Below, piece after piece: positions 26,717 through 39,899 of a DNA stretch of 64,000 nucleotides. The position numbers and the translations under genes were made by a program. The stretch covers positions 29,140,001 to 29,204,000 of the forward strand of contig OX597817.1 of the NCBI GenBank assembly GCA_951406725.2, read 5' to 3'. Source of the DNA: Octopus vulgaris (Eukaryota). The notes below the pieces were generated by a model. The model saw nothing but the letters and a program-made list of their open reading frames with translations. It was not told the origin of the DNA and did no database searches. Every line of letters begins with the position of its first letter. Positions within the stretch are counted from its first letter, which is position 1.

Positions 26717-27075
26717 GGCGCAGGCATGGCTGTGTAGTAAGAAGCTTGCTTCTCAAACACATGGTTCTGGGCTCTGTCCCCTAGCATGGGCAAGTGTCTC
26801 CTACTATAGCTTTGGGCTGACCAAAGCCTTGTGAGTGGATTTGGTAGACGGAAACTGAAAGAAGCCCGTTGTATGTTTGTGTGTTTTTCCCCCTGCCATC
26901 ATTTGTCATCCAATGTTGGTGTGATTACATCTCTGTAATGTAGTGGTTTGGCAAAAGAGACTGATAGAATAAGTACTAGGCTTACAAAGAGTAAGTCCTG
27001 GGGTCAATTTCTTTGACTAAAACCCTTTAAAGCAGTGCTCTAGCATGGCTGCAGTCAAATGACTGAAACAAGTAA
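26717..27075 (+). mobile_element. SINE family A copy
   Basis: GGCGCAGGCATGGCTGTGTAGTAAG head through GACTGAAACAAGTA tail. Confidence 0.85.
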
Positions 27076-28499
27076 TGATATAAAGAATATGATGATGGCT
27101 GCCCCCTCATTATCGAGTATGGCCATTGCACGAAGCTTAACTGTTATTGGTGCTGTGATCGAATGTGACTTTTATTTGCTTTTTAAGGCTACAGCCAGCC
27201 ATTCAGTTGAGACTCACAGCACCATCAACAATCATGAACAATGTTGTTATCGTGCAATGCCTGTGCAAGAAGATTTTTTTTAAAGTGAGGAAAGGCTATG
27301 CACTGAGTCAGTCCCACTCACTAAGCAACAGCAGCCATAATCCGAAAAGAACAACAAGTCAACATCATCGGTAACCACTGAGCCGCAGGTTTTATGTCGG
27401 AGTTATCCCAGTTACCTGAGTTACCTTCTCCTAGAAGGATGCCCTAACAAAGTTATAAAGAATATATATACATGCATACATACACATATCTATATACATA
27501 TATTTGCATATAAATGCATATATATATATATACACCTGTGTTCCCTCACCTGTGTTTTGTCATGTTTTCTGTCAATTTGAACTATATATATATATATTCA
27601 CACACACACATTACCTGAGAATCTCTATTACAAGATGGCATTGGCTTGTTAACATGTGATTAACTCAGCTCCTAGAGAACCTTGAAGACTTGTGATTAGA
27701 TAGGATTTAACTGAAATTTAGGTGGTCTCTGACTGAAATATATTACTGTCAGTGTACTGTACATAAAATATGCCTTTCGTTCGATCAGCCTGTGGTTGAG
27801 TGAATATAACCATTGTCAAAGGATCAACATAAGGTTGAGTGAATATGATTAGATCTCTACATCCAACTGCATTTCTCTCATAATACAAACTCTGTATATT
27901 GAACTTGAATGAACGTTTCATTTGTATGCAATTTTGTAGTTTGCTGAAAATATCAAATATAGGAAATTTTGGAATATTAAGTTTGTTTACATTTTATGAA
28001 AACAGCTTACTTAGGTTAGTGCTTGGGTTAAGGTAAGTACGTAACAAAGTGTGGGGAATTTTGTCATGTTTTATTCTGACCAGGTTCAAGGGAAGAGAAA
28101 CGAAGGTTCTTTCTTTAGACTGTCTTTTCCGAGTATCTAATGATAAATTTTATTAACATGTGTTTGGAATCCGGTTGAATTTTTATCGCTGTCATTGAGG
28201 TGTCTCTGCCTGACACATTGTATTGCTTTCTAGCTATAAGTTTCTCTCTCCATCATTCTGTATCTCTGTTTTTCTCACTCTGTGTTTCCCTTATCCCTAT
28301 GTTTTCTCCTTTATATCTCTGCATTTATCTGGCTTTCACTTCCACTTTTTTCTCTACCCTTCAATCTCTGCTTTTCTTGACTACCTCCACATAACTTTTC
28401 TTTTCCCCCACTTCTCTCTCTCTCTCTCTCTGAATGAGATCTTATTGTGCACACAACTATTCTCTCCAGGTTAGATCTTTACTTATACAAGAAATCCTG

Positions 28500-29215
28500 T
28501 TTTCCACCACGACACAAATACTACTCCATCTTTAATAAAATTTTGATTAAAATCTATTCTACAACACGAAACTTGGGAACTATAATTGCTTCCTTGTAGT
28601 GGGCTTTATGATCTATCCTCCTGGACACTTCCTCAACCCATCTGATAATAATACTACAATAATAACACCCCTGGTACTAACAACCTGACCACATGCCCTC
28701 TCCCAGCCCAACACAGGTAATGGTAACACCTCTAGTCCTTTTTTGAGGAAACAGATCATAGGAGCTAAATCAGAATAGGGATCAATCCTAAGCCCACCAT
28801 TAGTAGGAAAACCTATAACTCCCAAGGCTACCGACTTTGTCCGTTTGATTATTTTTGTTTATGATATAATGTAGTATATAAATGCCATGTAACACTATGT
28901 TCCGACCAGGCTATTGTTTATGCTTGTAGCATTATTGATTTCAAGCATCACTACTGGGTTCACATGAATTCATTTTCAAATCAAGCCCCAAGACTTTCTA
29001 CCTCAACTCTCTACACAAGCTCAAGTCCCAGAACATTCCCAATACTTTATCCTGGTCCATTGTTTGTGAGATTTCACCATACAATACTAACCACCATGTT
29101 TGTAAATTATGTTCAAGGGAATTGCTCACTATCCTTCACCATCATAACGTAGATTCTTCGATATAATCTTTACATGTAGGCACAAATTTTACTCCACTTT
29201 TTCCTGTTATGCAAA
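28500..29215 (+). pseudogene. Penelope-like element relic, GIY-YIG endonuclease region
   Basis: Broken motifs YSTTRNLGTII, NVVYKCHVT (28868), DFKHHYWVHMNSF...LST, CKLCSRELLTIL and TCRHK (29172-29186), matching the order of PLE endonuclease motifs (vvYk, FK.Ry..H..SF, C.LC..E..I, CRH). Confidence 0.72.
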
Positions 29216-29276
29216 GTTTCTATAATCTCTCCTAATTATGATTAAGCCTTAACTTATCACTTAGTTATGTTGGCAG

Positions 29277-29367
<91 letters not shown>

Positions 29368-29369
<2 letters not shown>

Positions 29370-29531
29370 ACCCACTACACTCATGGAGTGGTTGGCGTTA
29401 GGAAGGGCATCCAGCCGTAGAAACACTGCCAGATCAGACTGGGCCTGGTGCAGCCTTCTGGCTTCCCAGACCCCAGTTGAACCGTCCAACTCATGCTAGC
29501 ATGGAAAGCGGACGTTAAACAATGATGATGA
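29368..29531 (+). mobile_element. Family B element, 5'-truncated
   Basis: GGAGTGGTTGGCGTTAGGAAGGGCATCCAGCCGTAGAAA ... GGAAAGCGGACGTTAAAC(AAT)(GAT)n. Confidence 0.85.
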
Positions 29532-31429
29532 TATATATCTCAGCATACAATTTAGGTAAACAATAATTTAAACATACTAATAATGTTAATGGAATCTCAT
29601 AATTGCATTTCTGAGGAAATAACAGATTGATAACACTAAATAATCATACTAACAAGGATGAAAAAAACCCAAAATATTGTAATTACATTTTTGAGTAAAT
29701 AAATGATTGATATAATGTTAAATATCACATTTTTTTTCTAAATTCCAGAAATGAGCTTTTAAGTCTATTGTTGATGAAGTTATCATTGCATAATACTATT
29801 TCTAGTGTTTCTTTCAAGCAATAGTTACATGATTTGGAGCATGCATTATATGAGTATACATTTCGTATTACTCTCTCCAGTCATGCTGTATTTGAGGTTC
29901 CATGAGTGATATGCATTGTCTTTTGCAGCTGTTCTTAAATGACATTGTGTGGTTCCATCAGTGACACTTGAAGCTGTCACTTGTTGCACCTATATATACA
30001 TATACATGTGCACCTGTTCTTACAGTAAATTTCCATATAATATTCTTATGCAAACACTTGTTTGCCAAAGGACATGCTTTCTTATCCCTACAATTGCATT
30101 TTTATATCACTATTTTTAACCAGGTCATCCTTTGTGATATTCTTCTAAGTGGAATTATTATTGTTGTTATTGTTACTATTTTTGTTTTCATTGTTCTCAT
30201 TACTGTCATTTTCAGTATTTTTATCATTAATATTTACAACACTCCTGCTGTTACTCATATTATCTATGCTAAAGTTGATGTTTCTGCTTATATGAGGATC
30301 ATTTGGACTACCATGATTTTGCCCTCCATCATTATCATCATTATGGTCTTTTCCTCCTTTCTGCACCTGTGCTATTCTGGAAGGTATTTTTAGAATTTGC
30401 AATTGCTAGATTCAGCTTCCTATTGTGAAGTTTATGCGTATGATATTTGAGGTCATTTGACATTGCATAGGACAGTTTCATCATATGCCTGTTAAAAATT
30501 TTATAGTATCTACAGGATTAAGGGAAATGTCTATCTCATATGGAGAATAATACTTTAGTAATGTTAGATGCTACATGTAATCTGAACTCCAGAGTAAACT
30601 ATAAGATGTGACCTTTATTAAGCTTATTAGGTTTAGCATAATTGTTGTCATGCTTAAGTAAACAACAGATTAATGTAACTAAAGATATAGAGCTATGCAG
30701 ATTGGAATTTAAGCTAGCTTTCTTTATTCCCATTATAATCATCATTCCTTCAATGAATTCCTTTGAAGTAGAATGCTTACAAACACAAGAAATAAGGAAT
30801 TCTTCCAGCCTATATATTTGCAACTTTATAATCTTAGGGTGTTCATCTATCTTCTTAAAAGTCGAGATATGTCTGTGCTTGAGATTGGACTAAATAAGGG
30901 ATTTGTTCATTTTACATTGCACATTTTTGATTTTTGATTTCCATTGATTTATTTTTGCCTGTTTATTTCATATTTTATGTTTTTGATTTTTTTTTCTATC
31001 AATTTGTTTTTGGTATTTTTTATCTTTGTATCTCTTTGTATTTCTGTGTTGCTCTTTGTCAGTAGAATGCTAAAAATAGTATATAGGTATAAAACAATGG
31101 GAAACTATAGGTGATCCAGTAGTGCACTGGAAGCCATTCACCTGAATATGTGCAGGTACACATATTGTTGGATCATATTAATGCAAGAATGTGTATAATG
31201 TGTGAAGCACTCAGTAATTACCAACTGATACTAACACACAAAAACAATTGTGAGTGATTCAGATTAAAATCTGTTTCTTCCATCTTCTTGTATTAATATT
31301 TTTTGGTATGAATTCTGTATATATTAATGAATTTTCACATGTTTATCCAGTAAAAGAATTCCTGCTGTATTTGGTAGCTGATTCCCATAGAGGAGCTATA
31401 CATATACATATGTATAGCTAATCTAAGCT

Positions 31430-32856
31430 AATATCTATAAAATTAGTTTTCTGTGTGTTTGTGCGTGTGTGTACAAAAATTTTATGTACCTTAATAACTT
31501 CTACATCTTTCATCTGATTTCTTAAAAAATTCATACACAGCTGCTTCATATCCTAGACCCAAACATAGGCTACTTAGATTTTAAAAACTCTATATTGGGG
31601 CCTCTAGAGCAATGGGAAACCAACAATAAATGATTCCTATTCATTTGCTTTAATCAGCTGCTCTTTCATACTTTTTTAAATCTTTTTATAAAAGTGAAAG
31701 GATTTTGTCTATTTATTTCCACTGTCCACCAGCGATGGTAATTAAATAGACTAGGAATACTGAATGCATACATTTCCACAATTCTCAACCGATTTTCACC
31801 AAATTTTACACACACATTACTTATGTCCAAAGGATGGTCATGCACTAAACATTTTGTCCAGATCTCCCATGTAAAAGTACCTAAATTGACATATTTTTTT
31901 GTATGTAGGGTCTTCCATATTTTTTTTATCTTTTTATAAAAGTGAAAGGATTTGTCTATTTATTTATTTCGACCGCCCACCTGCCACGGTGATTAAATTG
32001 ACTAGGAACACTGTACATGATGAATATCCAACACTAAGCAATCTTAATCTCCATATTTAAACTGCATTAAACTTTAGCAGGCTTACCTTTACCTATTCTG
32101 AGTTACTTGAAAGGTGATATTCCCTTCCCTCTCTTCTATTTGTTGATACCATTGTTTACCTACCAATGCGTTGTTTCACTTTAAGGATGCTTATTTACCC
32201 ATCCATTATGATATTTCGACCGTTGTCCATTGTTTCAAATATGTTTTGGCATTGTCACTCTAGCCTTTTCGAAACAATCACATATGATTCGTCCCAAAGA
32301 ATCAACCTTTTAATAATAGTTTTGCTTCCACTGGTGAAAGCTGTACGTATCTTTCAGAAAGCTCCATACCAATTTAACTTTATGCAACATTCGCTGTTAG
32401 TTTATGTACAGGCTATGTAGGAAGACAGAATAAAGGGGCTTTTGTTAGCTTATATTTCCAAAAAATAGTTCCCTTTGCTGCTGAAAAAAATAAACTCACT
32501 GAGGGGCAGTTTCAATGTCTTCCTTCAATTTCAGTACACCATTTATGTGGCTGTTTCTGACAAGAAATTTTGCTTTCACGTAAAACAATCATATTTTGTA
32601 GCCATTATCCGTAATCTACTCCCAAAACACTTCAGTAGCTCCACTTTGCATCGCTTGCAAACTTATATGTTCTATGATCATTAAAGTGCAAGGACCTCCA
32701 CAATAACCAGCCTTCAATTTGATTTTCCATTCCTAGGTTAATTGGAAACGTAGACTGCTGTACGACTCATAAACCCTCCCGGTAGTTCAATTATTTGATG
32801 AAAAAAATACCACCAAAGCAACTTAAACTGTCCAAAGGATGGGTGTGTTTGCTAGT
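31430..32856 (+). mobile_element. Possible non-autonomous Helitron/Helentron-like element
   Basis: TCTATAAAA start followed by (TG)n, ACCGATTTTCACCAAATTT motif (~31788), internal ~85-bp direct repeat (31681-31762 / 31929-32012), and a GCTAG|T end at ~32855. Confidence 0.4.
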
Positions 32857-33409
32857 AGTTATGTATATGTGTATATGTATATCATCATCATTTAATGTCC
32901 ACTTTCCATACACACACACACACACACATATGTATATAAATATGCAAAACCAAAGGGTTGCAACATGTTCTTCTTCCTGAGAATTAGAGGTTTAAAGTGT
33001 TCCATATTACAAGGTAGTGTACTACTGAGAATTAATATTTTATCATATAGAATTATTTATTTACAGAAAAAGCTTTACACTTATCTTCATTGAACCTAGA
33101 AGGTCATGCCTGCAAAGTGAACATATTGTTGTTTGTGAGTGCAACTGGCAGAATTGCTAGATCATTGAGACATATGCCTTGTGGCATTTGTTCTGGAGTC
33201 AAATCTTGCTGAGTTAAATTTCAGCTATCATCCTTCCAGTCAAAAACTGGGTTTGATGGCACTGACTATCTCACTTTCCCTCAAATTTGCTTAGCTTGTG
33301 CCTAAATCAGAAATTACTATATCATTTTTGTTATCTTTCTCAGATGAAATCATTATTATTTATATCATTCCATCATTCCATGCACTAGGTAACACTAGGT
33401 ATATCATAG

Positions 33410-33600
33410 TGTTGTTGTTTAGTTCCAAGTCAGCTCTTTCACCAGACCTATGATCAAATGTGATCCAACTATGATTATTCTATCCTTTTCTTGGTTATTG
33501 CCTACCTGATAACATTATGTAATATGTCTTCTTATCGTTTCAACATAGCAGAGTGAAATGTGAAGATTTGGCTTCTATTTCAAGTAAACCAAAAAACCGC
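33410..33600. repeat. Old dispersed repeat family (unclassified)
   Basis: GTTGTTTAG...AGACCTATGATCAAA...GATTTGGCT.CTATTTC motif; diverged relatives at ~4920-5075, 9420-9600 and 18230-18375, and inverted at 11650-11830. Confidence 0.5.
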
Positions 33601-34619
33601 TTAGGCCTACACCCTTTATTAACTGGTAATAAGATATCAATATTTTTTAGTTCTAATACTAGTGGTTTGATAGATTGTATTTGTGTTAGAGTGTATGTTA
33701 TGTTGTGCAAGCTGTTTTGAAACTATATTTACGGTCTTTTGTTGTTGGTTTCTTTTGATTGCTTTTTTTTTTTTTTTGCAAGGTATTATTTTATTGAGAT
33801 TGGAGTCTTGTATAAAAATGCATACTCTATATCATAAATTCTGTTATTATGTTGAGAAAGTTCAGCACAGAATGTGCACTATGCATAGTAATGCTATTTT
33901 TAGCTTATGGATATTTCAATAAGCTTGTACATGTTCCTTTCTATCATGCATAAAGCAGCAATTGTAAATAGTATTGCCTGTATTCATATGCCACATTAAT
34001 TATTTCAATTTTGAGGTTCTTGTACTTTTGATAAATTTTGTTGTATTTTGATAATAAGCTGGTTTTTCAGGACCCTTTTCATTACATGCTAGAAACAAGA
34101 GAATCATAATCAATATGTTCCATACAGATTCTAATCAAGCTCAAAACACACTTTGTTGTGATATCATATGTTATCCTTCTGAGTTTTCATTTTTCAGCTA
34201 CTTATATACTTCATCGCATTTTCTCTTTCTCTCTGCAAAATTAGTACTGATTCAAATCTGGTTGTAGTAGTTGCTTGTATAGAGTACCCGAGGAAGATGT
34301 GTTTCTCTATCCAAATCTGCTTTAAAAAATTAACTCAAGAACTTTTCCATTTTAAAGGCTTTTGAATATGTCTAAAACGTTCTTATTTTTTTTGCAATTG
34401 GTTTTTTTTTTCTATTTCTTTTTTATATACTTCCTTGAATTTATTGCTATTCCTCCCCAAGATGACAACAAATGTTACATACAATACTTATATAATCTCT
34501 CCATTTGTTTCAGAAATTTGACGTTTCAGTGATTAATTGAATAAGTTTGCATTTATTATTGTTACAGTTTTTCTATTCTCTAATATTCAGTCTAATTCTA
34601 AATTGTTATTGTCATCACA

Positions 34620-35310
34620 ATAGTAATATTTCTTTCTAACATATAAACACAATGCCTGGAATTCAGGGGAGTGGTTTAGTTGAAACTATCAACCACAGTA
34701 CTTTACTGGTACTTAATTTTACTTATCCTAGGTGGGGTGAAAAGTAGGTTGACCTCTGTGAGATTTGAACTCAAAATGTAAAGAGTCAAAGCAAATACAT
34801 TCTCGCTTGCTACCTTTTATAGTAATAATGTTTTAAATCAACAACAATAATAATAATAATCCTTTCTACTATAGGCCTCAGGTCTGAAATTTTATGGGAG
34901 GGGACTAGTCAGTTACATTGACCCCAGTGTTTCACTGGTACTTTATTTATCAACCCTCGAAAGGATGAAAGGCAAAGTCGACCTCAGCAGAATATGAACT
35001 TAGAACATGCAGATGGACAAAATACCACTTGGCATATCATCGAGCATGCTGATGATTCTGCCAGCTTGCTGTCTTAATTAATAGATAATAATAATGATGA
35101 TGATGATTTCAAATTTTGGCCCAAGACCAGCAAATTTGAAGGAGGGGTGTTAGTCAATTACATTGACCCCAGTGCTCAACTGGTATTTATTTTTTCAACC
35201 CCAAAAGGATGAAAAGCAAACTTGACTTCAGCAGAATTTGTACTCAGAAAGTAAAGGTGCCGAAATACTGCTAAGCAGTTGGCCCTGTGGGCTAACAATT
35301 CTGCCATAAT
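34620..35310 (-). mobile_element. Three head-to-tail copies of SINE family C (core GCCTTTCATCCTTTCGGGG-type; Deu/Nin-like as I recall)
   Basis: Repeated blocks CCCCAGT..ACTGGTA...AAAGGATGAAAGGCAAAGTCGACCTC..GAACTCAG at ~34620-34815, 34843-35075 and 35090-35310, each preceded on + by (AAT)n-like tails. Other copies at 15850-16040 (-), 33140-33320 (+), 37809-37960 (-). Confidence 0.75.
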
Positions 35311-36869
35311 GATAATAATCATACAATTCTCAATGATTTCAGCCAATGCTTGAATTATATAGGTTTGTAGAGAAACCATCTTAAAAAAGTGGAAAGCTCA
35401 ACTTTATTGAAACAAAACTCACTCCCAAAATATTGGGAAGAGTTTTAACAGGAGCAATAATACCTAAAAGCCAATTTATGAATCCATTTCAACAAACTTT
35501 CAATAAAGAATGTAAATATTTGTCTGACCAATATTGAAGTAAATCATGATCCATTTTAGCTTTATTTCTAATAATATTTTCCCTCAGTCAATCTATATCA
35601 AACACAGCTGTGTTTCTCCATAGGCTGCTGCAGTTGAATAACTTATAACTTCAAACTGCAATATGATATAAAAGTTTATATGATTTTGTGACTTGATTTT
35701 TATTACAGTGGGTGTGAATATGCATGTGCGTGTGCATCAGTGTGTCTTTGTGCAACTGGGTGTGTAGTGACTATGATACATCACATATCAGCTGACAATT
35801 TCCCTTCAGCTATAATTGCTATAACACATTCCTTGTATTTTTCTTGAATTTTAAAATAGTAATTTGAATAATATTTTTTCTCAACACTTTGTTTTGTTTT
35901 TTTTCTTACCATAATATTCAGAGGAATAATTACTTGTGTTCCATCTGCTTACATCTACTTTGTAATCTGTATGAGAGAGAAAGAAATTGATTTTAGGTTT
36001 AAGATTACTAAGAAGGAGGGGGAAGAAGAAACATTGTCTCTTTTTTTTTTTCTTGATTCATACAGGCAGCATTGATTAAATGATAGCAGTTTCCAAATCT
36101 GTGTGAGATGTTTAAAGCTAGAGAAATAAATTTTGAATTTTAGTTTCAAGGTGCCATAGTCCAATAAATAATTGCTTATTGTATTGTTGAGAAATTTTGC
36201 TGAATCTCTAAAATCAACCAATATTTTAAATGGCCTGTCTGTTATGATATTTATTTGGGACTTAGAGTGAATTAATTACCATATAGAAGCAAGATCAATG
36301 TGCTTCTATAGACATGGAATGGAAATGAATGATGCCCCTTGGTATGAAACAGCATGCAATTGAATAGCAAACTGAGAGTGAATGAAATTAAAAATTGGTG
36401 TATTATTAAAGACATTTGTCAGAGCATATAAGCTACACAACCGACACTAATAATGATGGTTATTAAAGTAACAAGATAGATAAATGGATGATAGTATATA
36501 ATAGTCTATCTCAAAGAGGCAAAAGCAAACATACAAGTCCTACTCCAAGCTAATAAATGCAAAAACTGAAACATTTTGACTGTTAGGAAGAGAATAAATA
36601 TTCAACTTTTTTGAAAGAGCACTTTAGCACAGTTAGTTTGATGTTATCTAAGAAAGCAAAGTCTACTAATGTAATTAATCAAACATAGGTAAAAATACTG
36701 CAGGCTTGTTTCTTCAATATTAACATAGGCCTTCAGAGTTTTTAAAGATGAATACTCTTTTAACCTCTAACCAAACAATTTTAAAGTATCATTGGTTATT
36801 ATCATTCAGCTATCTAATGAAATTGGTATGTGTCTTATAGTTGGTTAGAATTAATAATTAAGAGTATTC

Positions 36870-37277
36870 TATACTCTTTTCTCTTTTACTTGTTTCAGTC
36901 ATTTGACTGTGGCCATGCTGGAGCACCGCCTTTAGTCAATTTCAATCGACCCCAGGACTTATACTTTGGAAGCCTAGTACTTATTCTATTGGTCTCTTTT
37001 GCTGAACTGCTAAGTTATGGGGACGTAAACACACCAGCGATGTTGGGGGGACAAACACAAACATATGCACATATGTATATATATATATACACACACACAC
37101 ACACATATATATACGATGGGCTTCTTTCAGTTTCTGTCTACCAAGTCCACTCACAAGGCTTTGGTCGGCCCGAGGCTATACTAAAAGACACTTGCCCAAT
37201 GTGCCACACAGTGGGACTGAACCCAGAACCATGTGGTTGGTAAGCAAGCTACTTACCACCCAGCCACTCCTATGCCT
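36870..37277 (-). mobile_element. SINE family A copy
   Basis: Same orientation and sequence as 6504-6924. Confidence 0.88.
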
Positions 37278-38437
37278 ATGGAGATTTTATTTTTAAATTT
37301 CAGTATTATATATTAATTAAAGGCTCACTAAGCAGCAATGGTTAAATTAAAGCTGTGTACATTTGTATTTTAACATCACATGTACATGCAATCTCAGAAA
37401 GATCATCCTTACAGACAGTGTATATGAACATACTCTGAGCTGGACTAGGAATGATGTCATTGGATTGTAAAACCTTTGTTTCTGAGTAGTTAGACCTCAT
37501 CAATCACAGATACGGAATCCATCATTCATATCCCACTAAGAACTGCAAAAACTAGATTTTCTGGCATGTGCAATGCTTTTTCAAGCTGTAATTGATCAAT
37601 TAAAACTCTCTTAGCAACAATGATTAAACTAAACATGTGTATACAGTTTCATGTACACTGAAAATTGAAAATATCTTCATTGCATTAACTGTCTTGGAGG
37701 AAGAATTTTCTTTGTAGACAATGTATGTGACAACACATCAAGTTAGGCAATCGATGACATCATTAGACTTGCCAAAGCTTTGCACATGCCAGCAAATTTG
37801 TACATAAATCAACAACAATAATAATAATAATAATCCTTTCTACTATAGGCCTAAGGTCTGAAATTTTATAGGAGGGGACTAGTCAGTTACATTGACCCCA
37901 GTGTTTCACTGGTACTTTATCGACCCTCGAAAGGATGAAAGGCAAAGTCAACCTCAGCAGTTTGTACATAAAAATAGCACTTCTTAGTAAGTTATAAGTA
38001 ATGGATTCAGTGTGAATAACTGATGAAGCATAACCATACGAAAACATCTGTCTTCTTGTGGGGTTAAGAAGTTCACCTCACAACTTCTTTGTGTGTCTTG
38101 AGCAAACAAGTGTGGGCAGATTTTATATGGAAGTCCATCGTCTATATGACTGTGGAATGGAGTGTTGAAAATCTTCAAATTGACACTACTTGGGTGGCAG
38201 TAACATTTGTTGAAGTCACAGATAAACAGTATGCTCTGTATTTCAGTAGTTTGATGTACGAAGACCAGTGGATACATCTTAATTAGGAAAAATAAGACTT
38301 AGCATCAAAATGATCTTGGTACACCAAGCCACTGAAATGGAGCACATATCGCTTAACTGTGACTGAACAAATTTTATTGCTGGACAAGTAGTGTTAATCC
38401 AGAGATACCTAGATGCACACAGATATATTTGTATTTT

Positions 38438-38746
38438 CATAAAAAACACCATCCGAGCGTAGCCGTCTGCCAGCCTCGTCTGGCACCTGTGTAGGTGGCA
38501 CATAAAAAACACTATCCGAGCGTGACCGTCTGCCAGCCTCGTCTGGCACCTGTGTCGGTGGCACATAAAATCACCCACTACACTCTCGGAGTGGTTGGCA
38601 TTAGGAAGGGCATCCAGCTGTAGAAACACTGCCAGATCTGACTGGCCTGGTGCAGCCTTCGGGCTTGCCAGTGCCCAGTTGAACCGTCCAACCCATGCTA
38701 GCATGGAAAGCGGACGTTAAACGATGATGATGATGATGATGATGAT
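38438..38746 (+). mobile_element. Family B element with 63-bp tandem units
   Basis: Units start at 38438, 38501 and 38564; conserved core; (GAT)n tail at ~38723-38746. Confidence 0.88.
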
Positions 38747-39471
38747 CAGTACACATTTATATATTCATATATACTGGAGCCTGCCAGCATGCCAGCCCAG
38801 TCAAACTGTCCAACCCATGCCAGCATGGACATTAAATGATGATGATGATATATCTATTCGCAAATGTAAAGTGTTACTGTTCTGCATGCAAGATCGTTAT
38901 TGATAAGATTAGAATGATATCATTAATAGAATCATTCCAGTCAAGAATCATTCCATTCTTATTAATAACAATCTTGTGTAGTAAATACTTCCTGTTGTTG
39001 TTCAGTCAAATTGGAGATTTGATGTAAAATGTTTTCCTTATTATTCTAAGACAGAAATTACCAAAGAACCTGCAACTAATTTATTCAAGTCACCTGTAAG
39101 GAATCATATAATTTTTTTTTTATAATATTTAATGTCAACTGTTGGATTTTTAATTCTATTTCTTTGCAGTAATAGATAAACAAGGCTTGAATGTTAAATA
39201 TGTTTATAATATTTTTTTTAAAGGCAGATATTTTACTTTTGATTCACTTTTATACAAAAAAAAAAATGTAAACATATACAAACTTTGCAAAGTGTAATTA
39301 CATATGAAAATACTGAATAAATATGAAATATGTAAATTCAGATTTCCATAGAATTCTAGTTTACTAACCAAAAAAAAAAAAAAGGTAAATTAAATTAATT
39401 AAAACTAGAACACTTAATTGTACATACACACATAACTTGATTTCAAATTGTAATACATATTTTGCCTGCAG

Positions 39472-39633
39472 AAATTGGAATATCAAGCACAAAGTCTACG
39501 ACAGTCAGTTCTTCAGGAACACCTGGCAGAGAAATCTTTATTCCTGGAAAACATCCACAATATCCTGTTATAACACAGAGGAATCATCAGACTAAGACAA
39601 CTCCCTTTGCAAGTGGAAGTTCTCGAATTGAAC
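39472..39633 (+). CDS. Coding exon: Ser/Thr/Pro-rich membrane-proximal stalk of the same protein
   Basis: tttgcctgcAG acceptor (39470-39471), C|GTGAGT donor (39634). 162 nt, phase 1-1, no stops. Splicing to the previous exon gives ...MVLY-E-IGISSTKSTTVSSSGTPGREIFIPGKHPQYPVITQRNHQTKTTPFASGSSRIE, restoring the 'LYE' ending typical of Lachesin-family Ig3. Not in the ORF track. Confidence 0.82.
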
Positions 39634-39899
39634 GTGAGTGAACAATAAACCAGATTTTACTTTTGATTTTACTCTGTTGTATTCATCTTTCAAATTCATC
39701 TCAGTAAAATGTTTTAAAAGTGTACCACATTTCTGCAAGAGTTCATTTTGAAACCTTTTAAGAATAAAAAATAAACAATTAGTAAATCTGCACAAATAAA
39801 AATTTGAAAATAAACTAATTAAGTCTTGTGGGAACAAGCATTTGAGTGGGTAACATTTTCTTGAAAATAATTAGACCTACTTGTCACTGCATTCAACAG

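Noticed and set aside
27770-27795. Hammerhead-like CTGATCGAACGAAAGG on the minus strand (similar weak cases at 27675-27730 and 50343-50405)
   Set aside because: Core spacing is wrong or CUGANGA is missing, and the stems are not convincing.
29968-30402. Hydrophobic 141-aa ORF and Asn-rich antisense ORF
   Set aside because: Derived from decayed (ATT/ATC)n low-complexity sequence; no splice or domain support.
8940-39471. Additional coding exons or a nested gene in the long intron
   Set aside because: By eye I found no segment with both good splice sites and a plausible phase-1 frame; small exons cannot be excluded without RNA-seq.
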